Positions 34,273 to 46,371 of a stretch of 64,000 bases of DNA are shown one piece after another (position 1 is the stretch's first letter; every line of letters begins with the position of its first letter). Origin of the DNA: Chrysemys picta bellii (lineage: Eukaryota); the NCBI RefSeq assembly GCF_011386835.1, contig NC_088798.1, forward strand, positions 26,164,001-26,228,000, given 5' to 3'. Under the pieces are notes generated by a model that made no database searches, was not told the DNA's origin, and saw only the letters and a program-made list of their open reading frames with translations. The position numbers were made by a program, and so were the translations under genes.

Positions 34273-37200
34273 AATACTACCCCAGACTGGAGTTAAAGAT
34301 CTATTGCACGTCTTGAAAATAATGTGAGATCTTAGCTACCAATAGTTCATTTAATAAAACAGATTGCAGTGTTGAAGGCTGTATATTGACCTGTTACTAC
34401 ATCATAACGGCCATAATTTCTGTCTGATGAATCAACCTTTACATCATTTCTTTATAAGCTGATTGAAAAGCACTACATAGGACAAAATTCTATTCTGTAT
34501 ATAGTATTCCTATGAAACTCAAAAAATGGGGCCGGCTAGACAGGACAGGAAATCGTAAATGGGTTACAGTCCTTCAGCTCTTGGTAACGCTTTCAAAACT
34601 ACCTCAACTGCTCAATGTCCTGGAGGTGTTCACCATGACTGCTCAGTGGCCTGTGTAAAATGAGTTGGTGATCCAGTTGCAAGATAAAAGCTGTCCAACT
34701 TCTCCAAAAAAATAATTATAATTAGCACTTTTCCTTGTTGCATGAGTGTTACTGGTCCTCTGTGCTGGATCCACAGAGGCTATGGGTCTATTTCAGCCCA
34801 GACTACAGAGGCTTGGTTCTTTAGCTCAAGATCATGTTTTTAGCACTGGAAATTGCTGGTTCAATCACTGGTGTAACAGCCAAGTTGGCAGCCATCACCC
34901 TTAGAACAAAAGACTGATTAGTTCTGGGGAACAGTAACATACTTTCTCAACCCTAGTAGTAGTCCCAGCTGTGCAGTGCAGTTTAGACTGAATCTATCAA
35001 TGCTATCACCACTCCGTAGGCAATCTTGGTCTCCAGGTGTCAATTCAGCACCTTTCATGAAGTCTATGTTTGATAAAACAATACATAAAATCAGTAAAAG
35101 TTTAGAATACCCAAACTTATTTTTCAAAACAGAACCTGAGACCTTGTACACTGAGTTTTAGCCTGAAGTGAATTTTTATAGCTGAGTTATAAACAACCAA
35201 AAATAGGAGGTTATATAATAAAAGTGCTGACACTGTCTTAACTACAGCCTAGAGTTGCAAACAGCAATGCTATAATGAGTCAGACTCATTGTGTCTTTCA
35301 CAGGCCTGGTTTCATTTTTAGAAGTGTAGTGCTGATGGCCTACATTTGCACTACATAAACCTTCATGATGAAATATTTTACCAGTTATCTTGAAAAGAGG
35401 GGAATAAAGATCATTTGTGTTTAATTAGCTCTCCATTTGCCTACAGGCTTTAGGAACTAGAAAATTTGCAAGCTTGTTTTTACAAATTAGTTCTGAAAGT
35501 AAAATGCGTCTTTTCTGTTTCTCCATCAAGGTAATGTGCATTGCTCACATTTATCATTTTTTCCCCCTAATGAGCTGTTTCAGATAGTCAGCGGCTTTTT
35601 CTGCTCTATAGTTCACTGAGGGCACTGTGTTATCTGCATTATTCATTACTGAAACTGTGGTATATCTTGGTTAGAATCTAAACACAAAACAGTTCCCAGG
35701 CATAACCCTATGTCTTCTGTAAAAATCATGAATTATGTAACGTGCAAATCTTTCCACAATAACATCACTTCGTTTTTTTCCTGGCAAGCCAGTCAGCTAT
35801 TTTTATTAAATATTGCTCATCTGCCATATGGACTCCTGTATTCAAGTTAATTATGAAACTGAAATGTGGAGACACTTTATGAATCTGTAAAGTCTTTTTC
35901 CAATTAAAATTATTTTAGGACACCACACATACAGAAATAATTCTTACATGATTATGCACATCAAGAACAAGGGATTTTTTTTCAATATGCCACAATGTTA
36001 CACAAGTTCTCTCATTTGTTGTTACTTTTGGTGTTTTATCCAGAGTTTAAACATGCCTCAGTGAACAAATTCTATTATAATTCAGTGTGGGTGGCATAAT
36101 ATGAAAAATCCACAATAACTGCAGCAAAGCAAAGCAAATACCAGTAATGAAAGAACTGCAAAGATCTGTATTCCTGATTGCTGGGGTTAGTACTCTCAGC
36201 TTGTTCCTAGCCCTAGGTGCATAGGCTGTATATGCAGAAATGGGTGACCTATGTGAAGAACATGTCTCCACTAAAATTAGAGAATTCCATTGTTATCATG
36301 TGGGCAGGATCATTTGCGCCCAGAAAGGAAAATATGAATGAGGATAGTAAATTTGTGCTGATAAATTAGATAAACCCTTCATTAGGGCATCTAGCTCTCC
36401 TTCAGCCTTACCTCATACCTTATGCTGCTGCAGATGAGCATTTAGCAGACTGAAGATCAACATAAACCTGTAGTCAGGAAAGTGGCAGTGTTGAGCATGC
36501 AGTAGAAAGACAAGCACAGGCATTCTTTCACTGAGCACTACAAATGCTTTTGAGTATTTTAACAAAGCTTCTTCATAGTTTAAAAAACCGACTTGCTTTC
36601 AGAAATGCTTCCTCCAAAGGGCACTTATCATCCAAGAAATGCACATTTCTCTCACATACAAAGCATGCTCTTTTATGTTTACAGTTGCTCCGCATATTTT
36701 GTTATACAGATGCTTTGCTAATTTCAAGTGTCTAGAGAAGTTCTAACAAAAGAGAAGTAGGCAACATCCTACTTTTACAAATGGAAAGATGTACCAGTGC
36801 TTTATTGTAGCATTACATTTCCCCATTGCTTTCCCAATAATATTCATGCTAGTGCCAAATGCTAAAATCTGTACAGGGATTAATAATCCTACTATCCTTA
36901 AATTGCTTTGTGGAAGACTACACAGTGTAAATCAAAATAATATTCTTACATGTTTTGATAATTGACTAGAAACTGATTTGTGCCTTCCTTCCCCTCTTAC
37001 CTTAGCTCTATTGTCTTGCCTAGTCACTGTGAGGAAATGTAGGAGGAAGTTGTGATGAGTAGGCGGGCTGTGATAATGGTATTTGTGTTTCTGGTCTCCC
37101 TCCAACATCAAAAACATTTCTGTTTGGCCATTGTGACCTCATCTTTTGGAAACTTGTTGAGAACAAACATTCTGTTACTTAAGGTCTGGAGAATTTTCAA

Positions 37201-40132
37201 GGATGGCAGTAAGAAAGGCCTGTTAGATAATCTGTTGGATAATTGTTTGTGAGGAGAAAAGAACCCCACAACATCTTAACCATGAGTTCTTCTGTAACAT
37301 CATAATGTGTGTGACATACATGTTCCAATTGAGCTCACACTTTTTCAAAGCGTTCCCCTGTGGATTATCTCAGGACAGAGATAAAGGCAAAGGAAGCTTT
37401 TGAAAGTGTCTGAATTGGAGCTGTCTCTTCTCTCTCTTAATATAAAGGAAAAGAATTTATCAAAGGGGTAGAGCTGAGGTCAGAGACTTTCTAGAAGCTA
37501 ATGGTGCAGATATTCTCCCTAACACTGAGCCAGTGGCATAGTCAGCTATAATTACCAGCAAGGTTATTATGCATCCACAGTGACAAGCCTGAATTTCTAC
37601 CAACAAATATTTAAGCTTTAGGGAAATCCTAAATTAGCCCTTTCCCCCTAGAAACACTGAGAAATAGAAAATACTTTGACTGATGAATGAAAAATCCGGT
37701 CCAGGAAAATGGAACAGAAGCAGTGAGCACATTCCCATGGGAGAGCAGGAAGTCTGTCAGTCCTTTTATGGGAATCTGAATGCAATTTCTGGGCCAAACT
37801 CTGTGAGCTTCTGTGAGCCACTCCTACTGAACTCTGTGAGCGTTTCAGATGCTCAGCGGTTGCTCTATAGCTATCAGGATTTGGCCTTCACTTTATAAAA
37901 CATTCCAACAAACACAGAAGCCTGATAAACATTCCAAATTTCCTATTACTATCCATTCCACGGCTGTAATATGGAGTGTGAATTCATCACTTGTGTCTCT
38001 CACCTTTGTCTGTACCAGATTCACTTTTTAAATGGGCCTGTCAGTCTTCATGACTAGAGATGTACTACATACAATGTGCAGCTAATGTACAAAGGTCACT
38101 TATTTTAACCACTAAGCCATTAACCTAATATGGTAGAGTTTCATCCTGCAGCCCTGTCCCATCTGAGTAGTCCCATTGTAAGCATTTAGTTTGGAAGTAC
38201 TACATTCCAAGTGGCGCTTCCTGAGATGACAGTGAGCATAATGAATGACCCTGTACTTTCAGCATTGAAGGAAGTTTCATTTCTTGAATGTAATTGCCCT
38301 TCTGATGCACTGATCATCTTTGAAAAAGCAAACATCCTCTTGCAATGGGCAGGGTGACGATTTTCTTCAAGTTTCAGTGCATGGCATTAGTGGAAAACTA
38401 CAGCTGACTGAGAACAACTTAGAATGGTTGCTGTTCTTTTCAGAAAGCAGACAAGTCCACATATTTTCACAATGTTGTGGATCATTGTTTCAGCTAATAT
38501 TTTCAGGCTGAGATTTCATTCAATATTACAGACAATTATAATAAAGTACAGTTACATTGAAAATGTGCTACTCTGAATCCTTAGGTGTGCTGGTGGAATG
38601 GCTGCCATCTTATCTGAGACACCAAGGATTGAACTGGGGATTTCCAAAGCAAAAAGCATGATCAGCTAATACTCTCTAGCTAGGGCTGTAACGGATTCAA
38701 ATCTTTTTCAGATTGGGCACAGAGGGATCCCGTAATACATGCTCACCTATGGCTTACACTAGCATGATACAGTTCTAGTGACTTGAACCACTAGTTCTAG
38801 CATGGTGTTCTGGTGACTCACTTGTTAACATTTCCAACATACTTTAAGAATGCCTTTATAGCTTGAAGCAAAAGTTCAAACATCCATTTTAACTGTTATA
38901 ATATTAATTGTGTCTAATAAAAGGCATTAATTTTCTAAAATTCTCATGCTCCTGAATAACTCCTTATGACAACTATTTTGGCAATGTTGAGATAATTATA
39001 AATAAGGTCTTTTCCCCATATATGGTGAAATATTACTTCCATTATTCATAAATCCTTATTTTCAGTGAACTCATTTCAACCATTGCTATAGATAATCCGA
39101 TATTAAAATATTTATTCTTCCTGCCAAGTTACAAAGACATTGTTAATGTAATAACCTGAATTATTTGCTAAGGGCCTGATCTAGAATTACTTCATATGGG
39201 CCTCATTCAGCTACTATGGAAGTTTATTTCCCATCAACAACAATGCAGGTATATGTTGGTGATGTGGTACCACCTAAATGATCATACAAGTTGCTTATTC
39301 AGTACCCCAAGGCAATATCCAAAACATGAAGACATTTTGCGACAAATCAGAGATAAATAGATTTGTTAAATCTATGGATGAACAGTATGGATGGACACTA
39401 TTAATACCCATCTCTTTTTAGCTAGTCTTTGAATGGTTAAAAAGCTTATTTTAGATGTTTCATTGCCTGCACTAAAAGAGGCATTTTAATACTAGAGAAA
39501 CGGTTTAAATTAATAAATGTTTTGAATATTTATAGAAGAAAAGAGAAACTGCATGTAACTGATGTAATATGGTAGCAGTAAACAATCTTGAAAGCCCTTC
39601 ATGCCCAGAACTCCCATACCCAAACACTGGTAGTTCCAAATGCAAAGGGACTTGAACTATCAGGCCTTTATGTTGCAAGAGAATAGAAGTATACAACTCG
39701 AGCAAAGCATATGTGGCTGGGTATCAGGTCCCCTGCAGCCTCATTTAAAGGTATAAAATCCAGTTTTTCATTTTTAAACTGTTCCTCTGGACACAGGTAA
39801 TGCTCAAAGAGGCATTTTAAAGGCAAAAATGAAACTTTTAAAGCTTCAAGATGCAGTTGTGGGAAATCCGAGATGCTGGCTATGATGTGGCTGGTCTTAT
39901 GGGACATGGCAACATTTTGCAGCTTCCCCTGCTGTGTCACCCACCACACTTTCAAAATATTGGTCATGTCTTTCTGTGGCATGACTGAAACAAACTCCGT
40001 GTTACATGGAATGGAAAATCCTTGCCACTAGTGATATTCAGACAGCTATCGGCAACTGAGATGAAGAAGATCCCTGGAGCTGAAATGAAACTGGAAAAAC
40101 CTGCCAAGGCCAGATGTCTTCAAATCGAAAAC

Positions 40133-41300
40133 CATAGGCATGCGCAGCACATTTCATTAGGGTGTGCACCCAGGGAGCCCAGCTCTAGACCCTCCCCAAC
40201 CCTGCCCTAGACCCGCCCCTGGCCTGCCCCATCCACTCCCTCCTACTTCCCACCCCTGACTGCACCCTCAGAACCCCCAACCCCACCTGCTCCTTGTCCC
40301 CTGACTACCCCCCTCCTGGGACCCCTGCCCCTAACTGCCCCCCAGGACTCCACTCCCTATGTAAGCCTCCCTGCTCCTTGTCTCCTGACTGCCCCCCTAG
40401 GAGCCAATCCCCTACCTGTCCCCTGACTGCCCCAACTCTTACCCACACCCCCGCCCCCAGACAGACCCCTGGGACTGCCACGCCTATCCAACCGCTCCCC
40501 GACCCCTGACAGGACCCCCCAGAACTCCCAACCCATACAAGCCCCACTGCTCCCTGCCTGCCCCAACCCCTCTCCACACCCCGTCTCCTGATAGACCCCT
40601 CCCAGAACTCCCGACTCATCCAACCCCCCCCAGCTCCTTGTTCCCTGACCACCCCCTCCACAGACCCCCCCACCCTAACTGCCCCCCCAGGACCCTCCTT
40701 GCTCCCTGTCACCTGACTGCCCTGACCCCTATCCACCCCCCGCTCCCTGACAGACCCCGGGACTCCCATGCCCCATCCAACCCCCCCTGCTCCTTGACTG
40801 TCCCCTCCAGAGACCCCTCACCCCTAACCACCCCCCCAGGATCCCACCCCCTATCCAACCCACCCTGCTCCCTGTCCCCTGACTGCCCCCACCCCTTATC
40901 CAACTCCCCCCCCGCCCCCCGGACCGCTTACCATGAGGCTCCTAGCAGCATGTTTTGCTCCGCGCAGAGCCAGATACGCTGTCCCGTGAGAGCACGCAGC
41001 CCTGCCCCTCAGAATGCTGTACGTGCAGCGGCATGGCTCCGGATGAGCAGGGAGCATGTCTGCCTCCCCGCAGAGCCAAACACTGCCCTGCGGGAGCATG
41101 CAGCCCCGGCCCCCAGAGCGCGGCTCCGGGGGAGGGGACAAGGTGGGGGAGGGGCCGGTGGCTTCCTGCTCTCGGCGGGGCGCTCCGGTCTGGGAGCGCG
41201 GACCCCGCAGCTTGCCACGCCGGGAGAGTGGAGCCATTTTCCCACCCCTGCATTAGGGTGTGCCTGGGCACACCCAGCACACCCCGTGCGCACGCCTATG
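40133..41300. mobile_element. Non-autonomous hAT-type element, 1168 bp, with C-rich minisatellite
   Basis: TIRs CATAGGCATGCGCA / TGCGCACGCCTATG, perfect 8-bp TSD TCGAAAAC. Degenerate CCCC...CTGCTCC(C/T)TGTCCCCTGAC repeats span 40200-40920. Confidence 0.92.
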
Positions 41301-42900
41301 TCGAAAACCTAGAACACTAAGAGTGAGATTGAGGTTGGCCTTGCACAGGCAGGAGACGTCACAAGGAACTTCAGGCCTCATCTTGTGCTACTCATAATAT
41401 GATCAGTGAGTAAAAGCATCGGATACACCTAGGGCTGGTAGCAGAGCTAGCCTCAGAGAAAGGGCTCAGGTGAGCACAGACATCTGCATTAGCCAGCAGA
41501 GCTGGCTGTGAGGGGCTGGTTGTGAGGGGCGTGGAGATTGAGAGTGGAGGGAAATACATGAACACCCTTTTGGGTAGCATAACTATTGTAGGCTTCTGAG
41601 CAGAATTGGTCTACATTTTGAGTTTTCACTTAAAATTTGGGTATAAAATCAATTTTTAATGGGGAAAAACTGATTTTTTTAATTAAAATTTGGTATAAAT
41701 TGAGGGGGGGTTGGGGAGGTTGACTAGCTGTTGAAACATTGACAATTTTAAAAAAAGTCCCATGAAAATGGTTACTGGTTTTCCAACCACTCAGAATTCT
41801 GTGTGAAGGCTCTCACTGCAGCACAGCCTCTTCCATATCCCCTCCAGTCTGGGGCCAGGGCTTTGCTCCAAAAGTTTTGCCCTAAAAAGTTGATTTTATT
41901 TTTCTCATTTTCTCCTCATTCACAACCAGAGCTTCACGCTACAAGCCAATCACCGGGAGCATTCTTCCCACGTACTCCCTGCCCGCCCCCTCAGGGCCAG
42001 ATTCTGATCTCAGTGACACCAGTGCAAATCAAGAATACCTCTGTTCACTTTAACAGTTACACCTTTTTACTAAAATTTCAAGAGCTCCCTTACTCAGTCC
42101 CTGAACTTGCATAAACTGAATGAGGTAAGTTGACATTTTGTGGCTAATATTTATATTTTAAATATTTTTCTCACAGAGAGAGCCTCATAGGATACACATC
42201 TCATACTGTGAGCATCCCAGAGGGCAGCAGTCATATGTTATTACTCAAGCACACTTTGGTGACACACAGTAAAGTCAAAAGTGGATATGGCCAGTTTGCA
42301 AGTATTCACTGACATTAAATTGTATTAATGAATTCTCCATAAATATCCTTTGGTGCAAATTATTTTGCAATACATTAAAATGTCACTAAAGGTGGTCTGT
42401 GAAGAAATAAATGGATTTATGGTGTATGACTTTTTAAAAAGGTTTATTGCTGTTTTACCTTCAAAATATTAGAAAAGTTGGGTGAAATCCTGGCCTTGTT
42501 AAAGTCAATGGGCATTTTGCCATTAACTTCAGTGGGGATGGGCTTTCATTCAAGAATTAACTGGTTGAAAGATAGGAAATAAAGGGTAGAAATAAATGGT
42601 CTGTTTTCACATGGAGAGAAGTGAACAGTGGGACCCAGATCCCCCTGGATCTGTCCTGGGACCCAGTACTGTTCCATATATTCATTAATGATCTGGAAAA
42701 AGGGGGTGAATAGTGAAGTGGCAAAGTTTGCAGACAATATGAAATTATTCAAGAAAGGTAAATCCAAAGCACACTGTGAAAAGTTACAAAGAGATCTTAT
42801 AAAACAGATGATTGGGCAACAAAATGGCAGAGGGAATTCAATGTTGATAAGTGCAAAGTAATGCACACTGGAAAAAAGAATCCCTAATATACATATACAT

Positions 42901-43152
42901 CAGGGCCGGCTCCAGGGTTTTTGCCGCCCCAAGCAGCAAAAAAACCAAAAAAAGCCGTGATCGCGATCAGCTCTACCTCCACCGCTTCAGTCTTCGGCGG
43001 CAATTCAGCGGCTGATCCTTCGCTCCGAGAGGGAATGAGGGACCCGCCGCTGAAGAGCTGGACGTGCCGCCCCTCTCCGTTGGCCGCGCCGCCCCTCTCC
43101 GTTGGCCGCCTCAAGCACCTGCTTGCTGGGCTGGTGCCTGGAGCCGGCCCTG
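42901..43152. mobile_element. hAT-type MITE, 252 bp, nested in CR1
   Basis: TIRs CAGGGCCGGCTCC / GGAGCCGGCCCTG, 8-bp TSD ATATACAT/ATATACAC (7/8), CpG-rich. Confidence 0.9.
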
Positions 43153-43647
43153 ATATACACTGATGGTTTCTAAATTAGCTGTAACCACCCAAGAAAGAGA
43201 TCTTGGAGTCACCGTGGCTAATCCTCTTAAAACTTCCACTCAATGTGCAGCAGCAGTCAAGAAGGCTAATAACATATTAGAAACTATTAGCAAAGCAAAA
43301 ATAAAAAATAAAAAATAAGAAACAGTCCCCCCTTTGAATGCTATTCCTGTTTTGGCTGCCCCATTTCAAAAGGAATATTATGGAATTGGAAAAAGTTCAG
43401 AGAAGGGCAACAAAGATGATCAAGAGCATGGAACAGCTTCTTTTTGTGGAGTTACTAAAATATTAGGGCTGTGCAGCTTAGGAAAGGGATGACTAAGGGG
43501 AGGATATGAGAGAAGTCTATGAATTCATGAATGGGGTGGAAAAAATGACTAGAGAAGTATTATTTACCCTTTCATGCAATCCAAAATCAGAGGTTACCCA
43601 ATGAAATTAATAGGTAACAGGATTAATACAAATAAGAGGAAGTTCTT

Positions 43648-43723
43648 GACATTGTCAGAGACAGAGTACTGGGCAAGATGGCCTATTGGTCTGACCCAGT
43701 ATGACCATTCTTATGTTCTTATG
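43648..43723 (+). mobile_element. Very short 5'-truncated CR1 (3' UTR end) nested in CR1 ORF2
   Basis: GAGACAGAGTACTGGGCAAGATGGCCTATTGGTCTGACCCAGTATGACCATTCTTATGTTCTTATG interrupts the ORF2-derived sequence AGGAAGTTCTT...CACTTTTTCATACAATGCACAG. Confidence 0.7.
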
Positions 43724-45518
43724 CACTTTTTCATACAATGCACAGTTAATCTGTTGATTTCATTGCCATGGGATGTTGTGGTGTCCAAAAGTATAACTGG
43801 GCTCAAAAAAGAACTGGATAAATTCAGGGAGGTTGGGGCCATCAATGGCTATTAGCCAAAATGGTCAGGGATGCAGCCCCGTACTCAGGACAATCCTAAA
43901 CCTCTGACTACTACGGTAGAAGCTGGAAATGGAAGACAGGGATAGATCACTCCATAATTGCCCTGTTCTGTACACTCCCCATGAATCTCCAGTGTGGGCC
44001 ACTGTCAGAGACAGGCAAATAAAGCCAGCAATATAGGCAGGATGGACCATGGCGGGATCCAGTATGGCAGTTATGTTCTTCAGTGAGGTTACCCAGGGAT
44101 TGGGAGATCTCTCAAGGGGTAGAACTATTTAAGCTTTAACAAAGGCACTTTCCTTAGAACAAAGAAAAAGAAATTTAAACATTCTGATAAAAATGGCATT
44201 ACATCTATCACATCATTATCTGCCAGTTCTCTAGTTGTCCATTGAGTTTTCCCACAATAAACAATAAACAATGAAGACAAGACCTAAGGACCTAATATAT
44301 ATACAAACAGAGGAAAGTAACTTCCAGGCCCTTTTAATGCATCACAAAGAAGGACACCAACACTGTTTACTTTCCCTGGTAAATGACTTTTAATTTCTCT
44401 CTCTCCAAAGAGAACTAACTTGGCTCAAAATCTGTCTTCTTTTGCACGCTGATACTAATGGGGTTGTAGATGTGCACCCGAAGGCAGAATGTACCCCTGT
44501 GTGTTCAAACCAGAAAGTTACCAGTAGCACTACAAAGAAATGAAAAATTGGGAGTCAAAAGCATTTTCTGCCAGGACACACTATTATAGGATAAGAATTT
44601 CTAACTGAGATAGAAGGTAAAATCCTCTGAATTGTGTTTATCAGTGAATGACCCTGATCAGCTGTGATCCATCAGAGGAAGATCATTACTATAGCCATCA
44701 GGGTCGTGAAGGAGACAGGTTAAAATGGGTTTCAGATTATTGACACATTTTATTAAAGTTTATTTACAGCTGGGGATAAGAGAACATAAAACCAGAATGG
44801 TGGAACTTTTTTTAACTTTAGTGATTATATCTCTGTAAACCTTTTTGAAGTTTTTGAAGTTTGTGCTCCGCATAGTAAGCCTTCCTAACAAATACCTTCT
44901 AAAAGCAATGCTCTAATTCTTGTAAATATTTATATTTAAAAACTATGTTAATTTATGATTGATTACTTTTTTGTAGAATCAAAAGGCCCTTAACTCTTAA
45001 AAAATAAAAATAGATGACAGCCCTGATTCAGCAAGGCATGTGCCTAAATGCTTTGCTGAATAGTATAATTGTTTAAGGACCTATCCAGCAAATTATTGCC
45101 TGTCTTGAGGAGGTGCTTCACTTTTGGAAGCAACTATATAAATTCAGTTGGAGTCTGTAACTCTACCTCGCAAACACTAATGACTGATACTTAAGGCAGC
45201 ATTACAGTTTATCCCCTATTGTCTTAAAGGGTGGCAGATTCTTCTCTGGCTGACTGTACAGCCCAAATCCCTGTTTCCAAAATGGAGCTCAGTGATGGAG
45301 CAAAGACAATGGCCATATGGATGAAAGTTCACATCCATGAATGACAATGTGATGGAGGGAGAATGGGATGATGGGGCAGTCCCGTACAGCATCAAATCAA
45401 AATGGGACTCATTGCCAGTTGATGGATGGAATCTTAATCACCTGCTGCTCTGATTTGAGATGGGCGATGCCTCCAGCCCTAATTGCAGGAGTTTGTTTTT
45501 CCATTTTCAAAATTTAAA

Positions 45519-45610
45519 GGGCGCCAGTCAGGCTGACCTCCCGCAGGCATGCCGCCAAAAGCCGCCTGACTGCCGTGCTTAGGGTGGCAAAAAACATACA
45601 GCCGCTCCTG
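45519..45610. repeat. Truncated end of a hAT-type MITE related to 42901-43152
   Basis: GCTTAGGGTGGCAAAAAAC...GCCGCTCCTG mirrors the CAGGGCCGGC...TTTTTGCCGCCCCAAGC end of the 42.9-kb MITE. Confidence 0.5.
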
Positions 45611-45649
45611 GCCTGTGGAACTGTTCTTTCTGTATTGCTACGTGAACTG

Positions 45650-46337
45650 TCCACACTACATTGCTATGAGAGCCCCATAACCATGCTGACATGTCCATAC
45701 TGTGCTATGCTGACACGAGTCAGACCCTGTTGCTTCTAGGGACTTATCTCAGGGTTCTTTGTGCCCTCACTTGCTGTAGCTGCTCTAGGGCTTGGTACAT
45801 GGTGTAATGTGGGAGACCTTGTCTGTTCATCTCATGGCACTTTACTGGAAGTTCTCTTAGCCTGCCAATACACCCAGCTGAGCCATTGGGTGTGCATGCT
45901 TCTCCAGAAGCAGATTGTTATAGCTATCGGGAAGCTGGCTACCCCTGACTGCTATAGGTATGTGGCTAGTCAGTATGGTGGTGGCAAGTCAACTGGTAGA
46001 GGTTTTTGAGGCAATCAGCACTGTGGTGACCCAAAAACCTATGGATGCCAGTTGGCTGAAGGCACAGAGGTCCCCTGGGTTTTGTATTTACATTCTAGTT
46101 CACCAAAGAGTAATGTGGCTGAGGGCATGCTCAATCCCCACCTCCCAGCCTGGCCTGCCCAGGTGCAGTATTACTCCTAGAAGGGGGCAAAGGAAAGGAC
46201 TGCCTGAAGGTCCCTTCCTGGGCCTGGTATTTACATTCTAGTTCACCAAAGAGTGTCACGCAACTTCTCTACTGAAAGCCGGTGTCACACTGGTCATCAT
46301 AATCTTTGTGAAAGATATGTGTGGATGATATGTAAGG

Positions 46338-46371
<34 letters not shown>

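Larger units (their letters stand above)
42550..44080 (+). mobile_element. CR1 LINE 3' fragment (RT C-terminus and 3' UTR), decayed, with two nested insertions
   Basis: Reads PQG/SVLGP-like sequence, IFINDLEKGVNSEVAKFAD and TTQERDLGV. The CR1 3' UTR ends in ...CAGTATGGCAGTTATGTTCTT. Confidence 0.9.

Noticed and set aside
39668-39982. 104-aa ORF after an acceptor-like TTTGTTTCAG
   Set aside because: No recognisable domain, no good donor, and a length within chance expectation.
40294-41320. Multiple overlapping Pro/Gly-rich ORFs (up to 224 aa)
   Set aside because: These are an artefact of the C-rich minisatellite within the 40133-41300 element.
41340-41560. Promoter suggested by a GACGTCA CRE-like site and a GGGCGTGG GC box
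   Set aside because: These are isolated short motifs with no CpG island and no associated first exon.
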